A DNA stretch of 64,000 nt from Felis catus (GCF_018350175.1 NC_058368.1:79052001-79116000), one strand, 5' to 3'. Shown: positions 38,214 through 52,812, counted from the stretch's first letter. The notes: a model not told the origin generated them from the letters alone. A program made the numbers and translations.

Positions 38214-39269
38214 ACCCTCAAGTACAACACTGTTAGTGCAAGCCTAAAATTACAAAATATCTATTTTTCTACTGTGCGCTTTTACAAAACACTCTTAATT
38301 TGAAAAAAAAAATAGCTTGAGCCATTTACGACTTTCTCATAAACACATGAATTGGCAGCTTCTGTGCAAACACCATAGTTTTCATAACCGAAAACTTAAC
38401 AATATGAGACCAGGTCATCCCCTCACACCAGATTCCAGGAGTTCCACCTACAACGGTTGAGAACTGGGTAATTCTTGATGGTCTGTGATGTGGGAAATAG
38501 CTTGGCACGTTTGCATGGCATGTCCTCATGGGATCTTACAGGTTATTCTTGCAGAATAAAAGAGACAAAAGATAAGATGCGGAAGAGAAAAGTTTTTCGT
38601 GCTGGCACTAATCACTAGAGCTGCTACGTGATGATTAAGGTTTACACAATTTGATCCTGAAGTCAGTAATCCATTTTCTTCTGAATGAATTGAATGGCTG
38701 TTATTAATGATTTACTATAGTCTTGGGACTTCTTCCCTTTAAGGTTTTAAATCTTTTCCTTTACCCTCTTTATATTTAAAGATATCCGTATTTTCACCTG
38801 AAATGGCTTTCTTACCAAATAATCCAGTGGGTGGCTAATTCACCCTCCAGGCACCTGAATTAATTACCCTCATCTCTTGCGGTTGTGGTCTGGGGAAATT
38901 GTTCCGCCGATTTTGCAGAAGCGTTGGAAATATTCCCCTCGCTTCTTTGGAAAGTGACCTTGAGGAGATTACATTAGTAATCATTAGTACCACGCTCTGG
39001 GCATCTCCAGTTAAAATATCAAGTACAATGAGTCTTGTGTAGTAACGAAGTCCTACCGTGTATAATTCTGCTCCGTCACTGCTCCGCAGACTTAGATGTA
39101 GGATTTCACAAACATGATCTTCCTCAAAACAGTTCACGTTCTGTTGACTAGTGGGCATGCGATCTGAGATGTGCAAAGTCACTCAGATGCTAAAAGAGCA
39201 GGATGCACATCCAGACGGAAGGGTGGGGGTGGCAGTGAGCCCATAGCCCGAGAGGAATGATATTAGCAG

Positions 39270-39425
39270 TGAGTGGTTGTAGTGCTTGCCCTGTAGTTAC
39301 CGTTTTAATAACCCAGTTAATTTTCCGGAGATGAAGAGATGTCTGCTGCTATTATCCCCATTGCACAGATGGGAAACTTAAGGCACAGAGAGGAACCCCC
39401 TTGCCCTGCGCCCATCCATCTGGGA
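39270..39425 (-). mobile_element. MIR fragment
   Basis: MIR core attatccccattgcacagatgggaaacttaaggcacagagagg. Confidence 0.75.
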
Positions 39426-40946
39426 GAGAGACATCGACATGCCTTGAGCACACAGCGATTCTGCACCCCCCCCCCATCACCCACCAGGGCAATTCTCTTA
39501 CCTACCTCTTGTCTTTAAGACAAGGTTTCGAAAGTTCACATTTGCTTACCTGAGGCGCAGCAGGTGGGAGCCATATGGTTGGGGTAGAGAAAGTGGTTAC
39601 ATAAATTTAAAAATGCCAAACGTGCACTTTACGGCTATTGGGGTGTATATACAATTTTGGAATACCATATGTGGGCCACTTGGCCCTTGATGTTGAGAAT
39701 GACTGGATGTTTAATTATCTGTGCCTTTCTAGACTCAATTACCCCATTTGGTCCAAAATGTTTTTCATTTGATGTCATAATATGACTAATATTATTATGC
39801 CAATTATTTCTAGTTGCTCAGTTTCAAAAATTATGAGACCTAATTCAAATGAAGGGAGAGAGTCATCGGCTGGTGTAGGCCACTAGGGTGCTCCATTGCG
39901 CCAAATGGTGTCCAGCGTCTAGTTGGGTTTATTTTAGAACATGAAATAAAGTCAGCATGCTGTTCTCTCCACCCATTGAAAAGACCAGGATGATAGGAGT
40001 TGGGCAAAAATGTAGCATATCTGGAGAAGAAAGGAGAAGAGCCAGGCTGAATAAGGAAGGGTCCGATCTGCAGAATGTTCTTACAAAAATTGTTTTATTA
40101 CTTTTGATATAGTGCAGCCATAGTTTATAAGATATAAATAGGTAGTCAAAAATGATGTAAAGAACAACAAAAACTGTACGTCTCGTTGCATATAGTCGGT
40201 GTTTATTAAATACCTATTTGGTGAAAAGCCTCCCTGAAAAAAAGCAGCCCTCGAGGCAGTTTTACTTAAAGAGAATCACCTAAGCCAAATGGAAATTCTT
40301 GTTCATCTCAAATACTTTATTTTCCTGCAGGAACATTCTGAGTAAAGAGTATTTTGAGTTTTCCGATCAGAGTGTTAGATGAATTTTCACCGTTTAATAT
40401 ATTATCCCATTGGGCCATTTGTTTGAAAAGGAGTTCTTTTTAAAGTTGGCCGTATGGAAGGCATCAAGCATATGCAAAAGCAGAGGGAACAGATTAATGG
40501 ACTCTCTCCACGGCCAGTCTCGCTTCGTCTCTAATCCCGCCCGGGGTCCCTGCACCGTTACTGGATGATTTTGAAGTACATTCCAATGTCAAATCAATTT
40601 GTCAATAAATATTTATAAATATTTTATTATTGAAGTCCTTTAGAAAAACTAAAAGATTTATTCTAGAAAGTGCTTTAGAAAAAAATGAAAGATGTATTTT
40701 TAAATCACTTTAATTAGTACGGACCACTTCGTCCACTTCAGCCTTCACAGACATGATCCACTGCTCCTAAGAGTAAGAGAAACCTGCTTCCGGAAAGCAT
40801 GGCATCAGTTTTCATGACAGAGACAGAATAATTCTCTGGGGTTAGATTTCCACCGAAAATACACTACTGGCCTGTGAGATCTTCCCCAGGAGCTTCGAGG
40901 GAAACCCCTGAGGAGGGCAGCTGGCTCAGGGAGCCCCTTCTACTAC

Positions 40947-40974
<28 letters not shown>
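40947..40974 (+). repeat. (CA)n microsatellite
   Basis: Direct reading. Confidence 0.93.
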
Positions 40975-40978
<4 letters not shown>

Positions 40979-42894
40979 TGGATCTCTAAATATTATACCC
41001 AGACTAAGGGTGAAAGACCAACGTTCCAAAAGACAAGCTACAGGTGCTTCTGAAATCAATATTTTATGAGGTTTCGATGCTTCTAGGCCACATTAGGGAC
41101 AGCTACTCAGTCATCATTTAGTAACAAGAAGAATGCTTTGAAATCACAGAAATGTCGTGCACTTCCTGGCAGAGATCTGTGACTTGCTCGAGGATGGTGT
41201 CTGTGAGCTGCCATTTGGGGACACTTTCTTCATTTCATCTCTGACGCGTTCTGGTGAGATCACAGCACAAGAAATGGGTGCGCCTTATGCATGTCTCTGC
41301 CTCCCGTGACGGGATGCAGGGCTTGGCCTCCCCTAGGCTTCCTGCCTCTACGCAGACACTTCTAGCACAGTCCAGTGCAGGGCCATTCGCCTTCCTCCCT
41401 CCCTGCACGCTTTCTCTCCGTGGTGACTTCCTGGGGGCAGGGGAGTGGCCTGAGGCATCCTGACAGCCATGAAGGGCGTGGACAGACAGGCACATAGTTC
41501 ACTGATGCGTTGCTGTCTGCCTTCCTGCATCATGTAAGAGCCTCCTTCCCGTGAAACAAGGCATTCCTCCGCGTTCTGGAACCATCTGGAGTTAACACTA
41601 AATGTCCCTGATTTTCCAAATGAGTGAGTCCTTTGGAAAGATGAGCTTAGCATCCCCGAGAAGCGAGTGGATATTAGGCGAGGAAGAGCCATCTAGGTTT
41701 CTCCCAGTGCCGGGGAGCCGAGCTTTGACATAAGAGGAAGATCCCTCTCTGGGAGAAAAGGATGTTTTTCACCAAGTTCTTGGCCCTTCTGCAGGAACAG
41801 GCGGCCTCTGTGTTTGGGACATGTTTGCAGTGTTTCTAATTTCCCAGATAATACTTGGTTCACCTCCACTTAAAAATGAGCTTTCAGTGTTAATAAATTG
41901 GTCAGCCGCCAACCCTCCTGTGTGACGAGCACAGAGCTGTTTGTCCTCTGTATCAGTTGGACACTTTTTAAAAAGCCTAATGTGTGTTGTGAATGGCTGT
42001 GACATTCTTCCCACCATTTAGAGCACCTTCTCTTTATAAATACCCGAGAATTCACACAGGGAAATTGTGCAACCGGGGGCCCGTAAGGGACTTGCATTAA
42101 CTTGTAGAGCTAATTCCCTAACCCATTTACTTAATGCAAGTACAGGGCTTGCTACGGGCAGTCAAGAAATGGAGAAATCCGGCCCCTGCCCTCTCACCAA
42201 CTGTCGGAGGCAGCAGGCCCATCCAATTCAGTGAGTCAAAGTCTAGGAGAAGAGAGAGGCTTTAGCCTGAAGGTCATAAACCATGGGTGGGTCCATAACT
42301 GAGCTCCCAGTGGCCCGTGAGCCCCAGGGTTGTGCTCGCACCTTGTTGGTGGAGAGAGTTCCTGGACCTCCTGAGATTCTCATGACACGTCGCACGGTGT
42401 GCTTGGTGAGTGGCTGCCGGAGAGGCTGCGAGAGCCTCACCCCAGGGCTGCCCTGCGAACAAGGAGAGTGGTACCCAACCGGGAGAGGATGGGGCCATCC
42501 AGGTGCACAAGTGGGGGAGTAGGCATGACAGCCAGGGGACCTGCTGTGTGCGGAGACACGTGAGCCTGGGGTACATGGTCCCATCAGAGCGTAGTCGTGA
42601 AGGGCAAAGAATGTACAGAGATGGAACAGCAAGCACTAGTCGCCTTGCGTGGGATGAAGGCAGGATGAGCTTTCCACCTGGAAGTTCCGTGACAAGGTCC
42701 TGAACGGTCTCCATCATCTCTCTTGGTCATGTGGCAGTTCAGCAGGAACGCTTAGCATCTTCCCCACAAGAGTGCAAAGAGCCAGGGGAGGGAAACGAAC
42801 CAGATGGATAATAGCAGTTCTAGGTATGGGCATGTGACCTCGTGTAACTGGAAATACTCAGAAATGCTGTGGAACATCTGTTAGTGGTATTCTG

Positions 42895-43125
42895 CTAATA
42901 ATATTAATAGCCAATGTTTGTGGACGGTTCTTTCCTGTTGCCCCGAGCACGCACAGTCTCTTCTGTCCCCAGATCCTCAGCCCTGTGTGAGGCCAGTGAA
43001 GCAGGTGTCAGCATTCCCCTCTGCTAATGAGCAATCCGAGACCTGGAGGGATTAAGTGATTCTCCCATAATCACAGGAACTAACGGGCCCCAGAGTCAGG
43101 AATCAAACAAGGCTCCTTTCTCCAA
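42895..43125 (-). mobile_element. MIR fragment
   Basis: taatagccaatgtttg ... ggattaagtgattctcccataatcacag. Confidence 0.55.
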
Positions 43126-46100
43126 AACCAGGGAGAGATTTCTATTTCTGTTCTGTGAGGCCATTGTCAGCCTCGAAAACCAATTGAGATTTTGAAAAGA
43201 TGCGGAGTCCCCGTCCGAGAGGATAATTACTTTTGAAAGTTACACAGGAACTCATGACCAGGAAAAGAGACGGGAATACTTTTCCTTTCCGGTGATTTTT
43301 TTTTCAGCTGCCCCCATGATTGGGATAGGAGAAAGGCACCCAGAAAAGCCTCCATCACTCGCCTCTTGGTGCCGTTCTAGACAAAAGAAATGAAAACAAG
43401 CAGCAGCAATTCAGTAGTTTCTGAACTATGGCAACCTAGAAACAGGGGAAGGTAATGGCCAGAAGTTAGAAATAGGTCTGGACAAAAATCTAGCGTCAGG
43501 CCTCCATTCAGGGCCCCTCAGTAAGGATTTGTTGGGGAAATATTAAGCTCACAGGTCTCACAGCCATGGTATGCTCACTAGACCGTGGTGTTTCGTTATC
43601 CTTTGAAACCCGGTAGCAAAACCAAGAAGAGAGGTGTGGCAATTAAATATGTAGATCAACCCAATCAAGAAGTTACCTTCGAGTAGTGGGAATCATGGGA
43701 AATTACCTGAACATGTTGGCTGTGGGTCTGTAGCCACCAGTCTTCCCAGAGACATGTAACTTGCATGAATAGCTCGTCACTTCTGCAATGAGCCAAAGGC
43801 AGCTGAGCAGCCATCACCACTGGGATGTTCTGTGATGCACTGTCAGCGGGAGAAGAATCTATTGTACCTGGAATTCTGAAGAAAAAAAAAAAAAAAAAAG
43901 TCGTCTTTTCAGAAGTGGATTATCTTTCATAACCAGTAAATATTTTTCATGCTATCAACCCGTTAAAGCAAGCAGCTATTGTGAATTGTGGGTCTCTCTA
44001 CTGGATTGTGAATTAAACTCCCACTGGGGGCTCCAAAGAGAAGCCCAGGGCTTTATCTTCGGAGGCTCTCAGCAGCTCTCCTTAAGCAAGTTAATAAAGA
44101 CCTTCCTGACAATCTGCATCTCATTATTGCCACATAATACAACATCCTGGGGTTTTCTTCCTTCTGTGAAGAAATGCTTAAAAGCGACACGGTGCATGGA
44201 ATGTTTTCCTAAAGACGGGCTGGATCGGTGCCATGGTCTCTCTCTCCTTAAGAGTGTTGGCAGAGGAAAACCTATTTCTTAATTGCCTACCAGCGTTCAG
44301 GTCCTTTATGCCGACTTGAATCATTTTTATGATTAATCCTCAGATTAGCCTAGAAAATCTCACACTACCTGAAAGCCGGCTCTATCCAATATCACTTTAT
44401 CCAGCGCTCGGTTCCATGGGTCCACAACGGTCACCTGGCATCCGCTGTGTGCGAAGCTTCACGGGGTGCTTTCTGCTCTGGCTGTACTTCCATCTTTTTT
44501 CTGGTTTCTCCTTGAAATCTGTAACGTTCATACCCGTCCTCTGTACATTTGCAATCACTGGCCTATTGCAGTCACACGTGGTAATTGTAATAAGACAGTA
44601 AACAACAATCTCGTTTCTTTTGGTCCGCACTCAGGTGACTAGGTCCTCAAGGATGCAGGGCCCAGACAATGGCAGGCATGAGCTGCATCTGACATTACAC
44701 AGCTTTACAGTAAAACCCGCCCTGTACCATGATGCCTGAGAATTGGTGCATTCCCCGGAATTGCTGAGAAACCTACAAAACAGCTTCCTCACACCCAAAA
44801 GTCTAGCTCATCACCAAACCTAATTTTGCCAAGGAAAGTTTCCTTTTAAAGAATCAGAGAACTGACGTGTACACAGTGGGTACGTGAGGGAATTTCCCAG
44901 GCAAATGTGCCTGTTTTGGATTTTGGTCTTACTATTCTTTGATGTGGAAAGATGGACAATCCAGGAAGAAGTAAGTCTGAGAGAGAAGATGGAGACAAAG
45001 CCTCGGGGGAAAACTAGGATCCCCCAAAAGGCATCTCCATGTTACCAGAAAGTGAAGCTGAGCTCCCAGCTTTTAAATTACCTTCTGACGTCACGCCAGG
45101 TCCGTTCACTGGAGCTATGTTTACTTGATCCTGTTCTCAGGTGAGATCACTGGTTGGATGGAGGCAGGCTGGTTTTCGCAGCAGAATGGAGGGGACGCAG
45201 CAATGTGCAAACAACTGCTGTGATATGGGGGAGCCCCCTCCCACGTCCTTTCTTAGGTACTCAGCCAGCGCCCAGCTCCAAGACACTGTGCGGCAAAAGA
45301 GTATTTTTTAATGTATTTTATTTTCATGAGAATTGCATTGACTCTGTTTCGTCTCTTGGTATTTTGGTACCTTTACATATGTCCGGTGATGGAGTCCTTC
45401 TCAGATTTTTTAATGGATAAATTGCTTTCAAAATAACGAATGCAATCCTTAAGGAAAAAAATAGTCTACGATGCTCCATTTCCCAGACATTGGCTCGCCT
45501 TTCGGCGTTACCACGCTGTTCGAGCGCCTTCGGGCCACCCCTCGTGTCCACATAAACCTTAGCCCAACTAGAGGCTGATTGAATCACTTATGTGTCATAC
45601 AAGACAGTAAAAGTCTAATTGTTAACATTAATTTTACTGGTGCAGTTGCGATGCGCAGGGGTCTCCGTTCGTTTACCGATCCTTGAAATCGTGCCTAATT
45701 TACAGAGACTAAAGAGCAGCACAACACAAGAGGCGCTGGGCTTATGTATGGTGATGAGGGATCATAAAAATGTCTTTTTAATCTGATGGTCATTAGAAAA
45801 CCCAGCGATGTGGTCCAGCTGCTAGTCAGAGAGCATTTTCATTGCTGTGAGGATTGAATCCATCCTGGGAACCCTTCGTAATGATTTTAGGAGAAATGTC
45901 CTTTTTTTTTTTTTTTAATTCAGGTAACAAAATAATTCTATGACATGGCCCCAAAACATGCAGTTCTTCTCAGGCACTAAAAAAAAAAAAAAAAAAAAAT
46001 TAGACACTAACACCGGGCAAGATGATTAAACTGGCAATGATATTTTGAATTGCCATTTGCCCCAAGTTTTGTTCATTTATTTAAAAAATGCATTGAGGAT

Positions 46101-47549
46101 CTGTTTTGTGTCAGGCATTGTACTAAGTTGTATGGATTTTTCAGGTCAAATGTGGGGACTGTTCAGAAGCAGCAGACAGCAGGGAAACATGAAAAATCCA
46201 ATGGATCCAGGCGGTGGGAAACGGCTTGTGTGAAAACACCATTTGGGTGTCACAGAATGCCACTTCCCCTCCATGCGTGTGCAATGCAGCATTTTTATTC
46301 AGTTCATTCCATTCTTCATCTTTCAGTGCTTACCATGACCCATTAAGTTGATTTCCCAACCTGTAAATATGTCTTTTGGAGCACTGGTCTAGAAGGTGGG
46401 GTTTATATGGAGGGACAGGAGTGGGGGGGGGGGAGGTGTTAGACCAAACATGAGGAGAGGGAGCTCCAGGACAGGTGGACCCCGGCCCTCATGCTAGGGG
46501 CCAGTCTGTGCTCTGTCGTGCACTATGGTCATAGGGTTTTATACAAGGGCATGGTGACATGGTCAAGTTAGGTTTGGGGGTACCTACACGAGGCCGCGTG
46601 GGTAGAATAGGTGTCTCTCTCTCTCTGATTTCTCTATATTCATGTAAATGTAAACATATAACTTTAGCAAGGATTCATGAGAAATGCTTAGTTGTGGGGC
46701 ATGCGGAAAGGGGATCGCACCTGCCAACCAGCCATTTGGTGGTTTCCTCCTGCTCTCCTGGAAGAAAGGAGAACCCATTTGAGACACAGGGGCAGCCTTG
46801 CCCTACAGGGTCCCAGTGTCCTCCCTCTGAGTAACTGACATCTATACTGTGACATGTCACTGCAGCGGCTCAAGGGAAATCCAAGCACAGGCGCACATGA
46901 TTTTAGAGGCCTAAGGAATTAGCAATGCCAACCAGCCGATGTGGGCAGGTGGGGCCGTTCCTCAAGAGACGAGCACGGTGCCACCTTGCTGTTGTTAAAA
47001 TATTGAAATATCTCTGTACCAGTTGGAAGTGACTGTCATTCAAGGCCTGTGGGGTCCCCAAGCCCAGCACCCGCCCCATCCCGCCTTGGGTGTCCTGGCC
47101 CCAGGCCTGTCCAGTTTCTTCTCGGTTAGATGTTGACACAGCGGGCTTGAGGTAAATGGCTTGTGCTTATTCGGTTGGTGTTGGCCCGTGCCCTTTAGGT
47201 TTAACTTGTTGAGGTGGGCAAATTTTGTGATTACTCCTGAACAAGGAGTTTGAAAAGACTCAGCATACATCACTGCGATTTTTTTTTTTTAACTCTTGCT
47301 GATTTTACTGGTTCTCTCTCACCTGCCGCAGTCACACAGTTGAAATTAATGTCCGCAAGTAGAGAGCTCTCCTGTCCGGAATGACAGGCATGTGGATCAG
47401 TAAACCTCTAGTCATGCTTAAGTCTATGTGATGGAGATCAGGGCTGGCTGGAGGGCTCGGAACATCAGGGTAAGACTGGAATGTGAGCCAATGTCCCTGA
47501 AATGGAGGAACATAGATTATATTATTCTTAAGGACCAAAGCTGTTATCC

Positions 47550-47780
47550 TTTTTTTTATGTATATGAACTTCTTTTTAATGCTTATTTATTTATTTTGAG
47601 AGAGAGATAGAGAGCAAGTGGGGAACGGGCAGAGAAAGGGAGAGACAGAGAATCCCAAGAAGACTCCGTGCTGTCAGCACAGAGCCGGACGCAGGGCTCC
47701 ATCCCACAAACCGTGAGATCATGACCTGAGCCCAGATCAAGAGTTGGACGCTTAACCTACTGAGCCACCCAAGTGCCCCC
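47550..47780 (-). mobile_element. Can-SINE
   Basis: Full-length reverse copy; degenerate TSD caaagctgttatcctt / caaagtagttattctt. Confidence 0.93.
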
Positions 47781-50502
47781 AAAGTAGTTATTCTTAAAGC
47801 AGATTATCTATTAAAGATCCAAGAAGGGCTCTATTACTAGCTACATATAAAAGCGACCAAATACCGGGAGACAAAATAGACTGCATACAGTTCTCACAAA
47901 AATTAAATAAATGCCCTCTGAGGTTCTATCAGATCCAGGGATGGGCATTGACGTAAGAAAGGATGCATGTGCTGGTAGAAGGGCATGGGACTCCTCTGTG
48001 TACCATCACGCGATGCCCCACGGGTGTCACAAATACTACATGTTCCTGATAAAAGAGCAGAATATTATCCTCCTCGCCTTGGAAAGTGAGGGGGACCCAT
48101 TTCCCTAAACCAAAGCGCCCCCCCTGCCAGGGCCCACAGAGCTGCATTCCATGACTCCTGGATTTACATTACCACCTGGCACTTGGGAAATGTAAAAATA
48201 ACAGCAATATAAATAACCGCATGACCTATGAAATTACACATGAGGAATGGGTCTCCGGGCCAGGCCAGCGTGTTGTTTAGATGTTGCATATTCAGCTAAT
48301 TATAGGAGAGGCGAGCTACCCAAGCACACGGAAAGGGAAGGGATTGGCGTGATTTGTTTCCCATTATGGCAGGGACAGAATGGATAGATGGGCACAAAAG
48401 GATCCAGCTAGTTAAATTTAAAGGAAAATTGGCACGACATAATTTTCTGTGCATTTCTGGGTTCTAAAAGCCCTATTTATACCCACAAGCATTTTTTAGC
48501 TTTACTATTCTTCCCCGGCTCAGCACATATGTTGTTGAAGATATCACTCTATTTCCTGACTCAGTTGGTGTTTTCTAGTGCAACCCCCTCCTTGCACTTA
48601 GCAGGGGAGAGGGTGGCTGGAGTTCGGAGCGGGGGACGAGGAAGCATTGCCGTTCCAACCTACTTAGCCTGGAGGGTCAGTGTCTGTGGCACTTGCTGGC
48701 ACAGAAGAATGCTTAAAACATAAGTTCAAGGGGGGATTTTGATCTACTCAAGAATGGCGATTTCATAAGGGTTGTTAAAGACTAGGAAAGTGCACTGGGG
48801 GCTGGAGTTAGCCTTTTAAGATCAGTAGCGTCGGGAAATTATGTTTTCTCAACCCACGCAGCCTTTGCAACTGCTACAGTGCTCTATTTTTTGTTTTCTG
48901 TTTTCCTAAGCAATCAAGTTCCTATGGAAATACAACTGGATTGTGGGACGCAGGTGCGTCCCATGGGTAATCGCATGGGAATCCGGTTTTCCGTCTCCAG
49001 TGCCCTGATACTGTTAGACCCTGCAGCCCTCCCTTGACACCTTTCTGCAAATATGAGCAAAGGGGCGATAAAGTCAGATTCACATGGCTTAGGGTCCGTT
49101 ACACCTGTGCTGTACAAAAGCTATAGAGACTGAGTGTGCACCCCTCAGTGTGAGCAGACGCACCCCCTGTAGGGAAGACCCCAGTCTGCATACATCTTAT
49201 GTCTCGTTACACTAGCCTGCACATGAGGTCTGTCTGCTTATTTGAGGTTAGGATCAGACACTGTCTGTGGGAATCCTTACACTTGACATTTGTCTTTCTC
49301 TGAGGCAATAAGCCATATGTTTGGGTTGTGCTATCGTGTATTTTTTTTTTTAGAGTTTAATTCACTTCCTAGAAACTTGTTATAGCAGAACGCAGGGCAA
49401 TTTGGGAGTGCTAAACCCTTATTTGTATTTCTTCCTCTAAGATTTTAGAAAAGTCAGAGGCGTAAAAGACATTGTTCCTTGTAATACAAACTAGATGCCG
49501 ACTTGGGCTAAGTGATCCCATCCAAATTTAATTACACACCATCTATGTGTATCTGTAAGCACAGTCCAGCCGTAACTCCTAAATTTTAGGAACAAGAACT
49601 CGAGAAGTAGCAGGACTATGCCAGCCACGTCTCTCGCTGTTTGTACCTTTCCTTAATGCCAAAGAGGAAAAAGCAAGCACATTCCCTTTGCGCATAGCCT
49701 TTCTAGAAGAGGAATTTTCCTATAGAGTTGCGGAATGAATCCCAGCCAGCATGAGTAATGAGTTGAAAATGTATTTTCACATTTTTTCTGCCTTGCATAG
49801 CACTCTCGGTATTAAATCAGTCAAACGGCTATAGTTTGTTTTTCTCTCCTGCGTTACTGAAACCTGGATCCTGTCTCCTATGTTTCCAAAATACACGCTA
49901 AAATTATCTCCAGTTCAGGTAACTAAGAACGAAATGACGTGCTTAGCATTCATCTTAAAGAAACACACCGTGGCTCATTCCTTACTTGTTCTGTACGACC
50001 TTTCAGTGGCATGGGTGCCCTCAGCCCCCCTTTGTCCCTCCGCCCTGTCTCCCAGCCCACACCTGCCTGCTTGTGTCCACCGTCACTGGGCCTCACCTTC
50101 TGCTGCCCATCGGGGGGGGGGGGGGGATGGCATCACTCTCCTGCAAGAGACCCTCCCTGCTGAGGGATGCTGGAGTCTCTCCCACACACGGTCTTCTCAG
50201 TCCTAATAAATGCTCTGCTTCAAATCATTGCCACTCTGTTTAGGCCTTGGGCATGTGGCTGTCCCTTGAAGGTCGATGTGCACAGCCCCACACTTGTCCT
50301 GTGTCCACTCACCTCGGCTGGTGCTGACTTACTGAGGTCCCTCAGCTCCAAGGGACCTGTAACTCGGACCTCCCTGCCCAGCCGGTCCTTCTGACCCTGC
50401 CCAAGCCTAAATGCTCTGTGCTCTTCTCTCTGAACTTCCCTCCAGCCTCATCCAGCTGGACACATTTTTGCTAGATTAATAACATTTAAAAATTACAGTC
50501 TT

Positions 50503-50660
50503 GGGACACCTGGATGGCTCAGTCCATTGACGGTCCGACTCTCAATTTTGGCTCCAGTCATGATCCCAGGGTCATGGGATCAAGCCTGGTTTTGGGCTCT
50601 GTGCTGAGCGTGGAGACAGCTTAAGATTCTCTCTTCCTCCCTCTGCCCCTCCCCCCCCCC
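50503..50660 (+). mobile_element. Can-SINE lacking its A-rich tail
   Basis: gggacacctggatggctcagtc head, ending in a C run; TSD aattacagtctt / aaatacagtctt. Confidence 0.88.
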
Positions 50661-50920
50661 AAATACAGTCTTTATGTTATGCCCTTCCTTACCTAAGAAC
50701 GTGCTAGACCCCACTCTGGTGAGGGTGCGTAAGTTGCAAACTTATGCCCAGTTCTCTCTGCCCTTCCCCTCTCCTCTCTCTTCTCTCCTCCCTCCCCTCC
50801 TTTCCCCTCGTCTGTGGGCAGAAAGGCTTTCCAGACAGTCGTTTTTTTCCAGACATTGAAGATTATACCATGGTGGGGGACAGGTGTGGAGGTGTCTTTA
50901 AGAAAAAGAATAAAAATGAT

Positions 50921-51082
50921 GGGGCGCCTGGTGGCTCGGTTGAGTGTCTGACTTCAGCTCAGGTCACGATCTCACAGTTGACGAGTTCGAGCCCAGTGTC
51001 GGGCTCTGTGCTGACGGCTTGGAGCCTGAAGCCTGCTCCGGATTCTGTGTCTCCCTCTCTCTCTGCCCCTCCCCCAATCACA

Positions 51083-51120
<38 letters not shown>

Positions 51121-51150
51121 AATAAATAAGCACTAAAAATTTTTTTTAAA
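50921..51150 (+). mobile_element. Can-SINE (SINEC_Fc type)
   Basis: (CT)n region and tail; 20-bp TSD aagaaaaagaataaa[a/c]atga. Confidence 0.95.
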
Positions 51151-51905
51151 AAGAAAAAGAATAAACATGACAACAATTTAGGGAGTGAGTTGAAGGTTTA
51201 TTTAAAATGAGGAAATAAAGCAAAGCTGTCTCATGCAGGCGATAACCACACGCATTGACCGACTGACCCTTGGGTTTCCGACTTGGCCTTTGCAAGTGAG
51301 TGTGAGTCTGGGACCCTCACGACTGAGACTCCTGGTCAACCCCCCTCTGCCCCTGTCCAGGTACCAAGATTCCAGAGCCAACATCTGTCACGCTCCTTGC
51401 AGTTCTCTGACATTAAAGTTCCTAAAACCATGTAAACTAAGGTCTTAAAAAACCTGACCATGCATAAACCTTGCTGATTGGTAGCACAGTAGTAGAAACC
51501 TGAATGCTTACTGTGAGTCAGGAACAGATTTCAAAGATCCCAAAGCCCTTTCCTCCACCCAAGTTAACAAGCAGGTGGAAAACAACCAGCTCTGGCCCTT
51601 TGAATATGGAGAAAACGTCCCCCTCACACAACGTGAAATTTTCTTCACCTCGTAATTTTAAATAAGTAGAGATTAGAACTCAAACGTGTAAAAACAGTGG
51701 AAGTCTTTTCACGATTCCAGTAATCTCTTATGAACGAGGAGAAACTGTTCCTGACTTTTCTCCCTCATCGTTCACATGAATTCTTCAGCCAGTAACTTCG
51801 TCAGTTCTTCCAATTACACAACACGTAGTTTCCTTTTAGAAAACAAAGTCTCTATAGCAATTTTGTCATAGCAATTCGTTTATTCTTTATTCTATTTTTT
51901 CTTTC

Positions 51906-52123
51906 CTTTTTTTAAAAAAAATTTTAACGTTTATTTATTTTGAGAGACAGAGTGCGAGCAGGGGAGGGGCAGAGAGAGAGGGAGGGAGACACAGAATCCG
52001 AAGCAGGCTCCAGGCTCTGAGCCATCAGCACAGAGCCCAACGCGGGGCTCAAACCCACGAACCGTGAGATTACGACCTGAGCCAAAGTCAGACGCTTACC
52101 CGTCTGAGCCACCCGGGCGCCCC
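51906..52123 (-). mobile_element. Can-SINE (SINEC_Fc type)
   Basis: Perfect 15-bp TSD tctattttttctttc (51891-51905 and 52125-52139). Confidence 0.95.
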
Positions 52124-52139
52124 ATCTATTTTTTCTTTC

Positions 52140-52570
52140 TTTCAGCAAATATTTTATCGAGCACCTACTCTGTGCCCGTACTTGCACTCCACAAGGGGCA
52201 GGCAGAAAACAAATGATGGGAGTGGAATGTGCCTGCCGTGAGAAGGACCACCCAGGGCACTAAAACCGGGAGTAAGGAAAGAAACTGACCTGAGGCGGAG
52301 AGAGGTGCTATCTTCTAGAAGGTGGTCCAGAAAGCCTGTCTGCTCAGGGCAGATTTGAGCAGAGCCTAAGCTACACACAGAGCTCCGTCCATGCTCTCTC
52401 CGGACAGGGGGATGCGTTAGCGGAGGGGCCCCAGGCTTAAGTGGCAAGGGCGTAGTTGGAAATGAGGTCCAGGACGAGCCGGGAATCAGGTGGTGGTTGG
52501 TCTCAGCCACAGGAAGCCTTTGGATCTCAATCTAAATGAAATAAGAAATGAGTGGAGAGACTCGACTGGG
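52140..52570 (-). mobile_element. L2 3'-end fragment
   Basis: ttcagcaaatattttatcgagcacctactctgtgcc. Confidence 0.6.
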
Positions 52571-52589
52571 CAAATGGCACCGTCTGACC

Positions 52590-52812
52590 TAGGCTTCTCA
52601 GCCTCAGCCCCACGGACATCCTGGGCAGGACCATTCCTCACCGCGGGGGTGGGCTGGCTGGCTGTGCATTGCTGGGGGCGTTGCAGCATCGCTGACCTCT
52701 ACCCACTAGATACCAGCAGCCACCCCCTCCTCCAGTGTGAGGACTAGAAACGTCTCCAGACACTGCCACGTGTCTCCTGGTGGGCAATATCACCTTCTCT
52801 TGAAACCCAGTG
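52590..52812 (-). mobile_element. MER20 (hAT-Charlie) DNA transposon
   Basis: cctctacccactagataccagcagc ... gtctccagacactgcca is the reverse complement of the MER20 core as I recall it. Confidence 0.85.

Noticed and set aside
39878..39897. CTCF-like motif ccactagggtgctc (similar ones near 24207-24223 and 55717-55730)
   Set aside because: Each has mismatches to the core consensus. Such hits are expected by chance in 64 kb without PWM or ChIP support.
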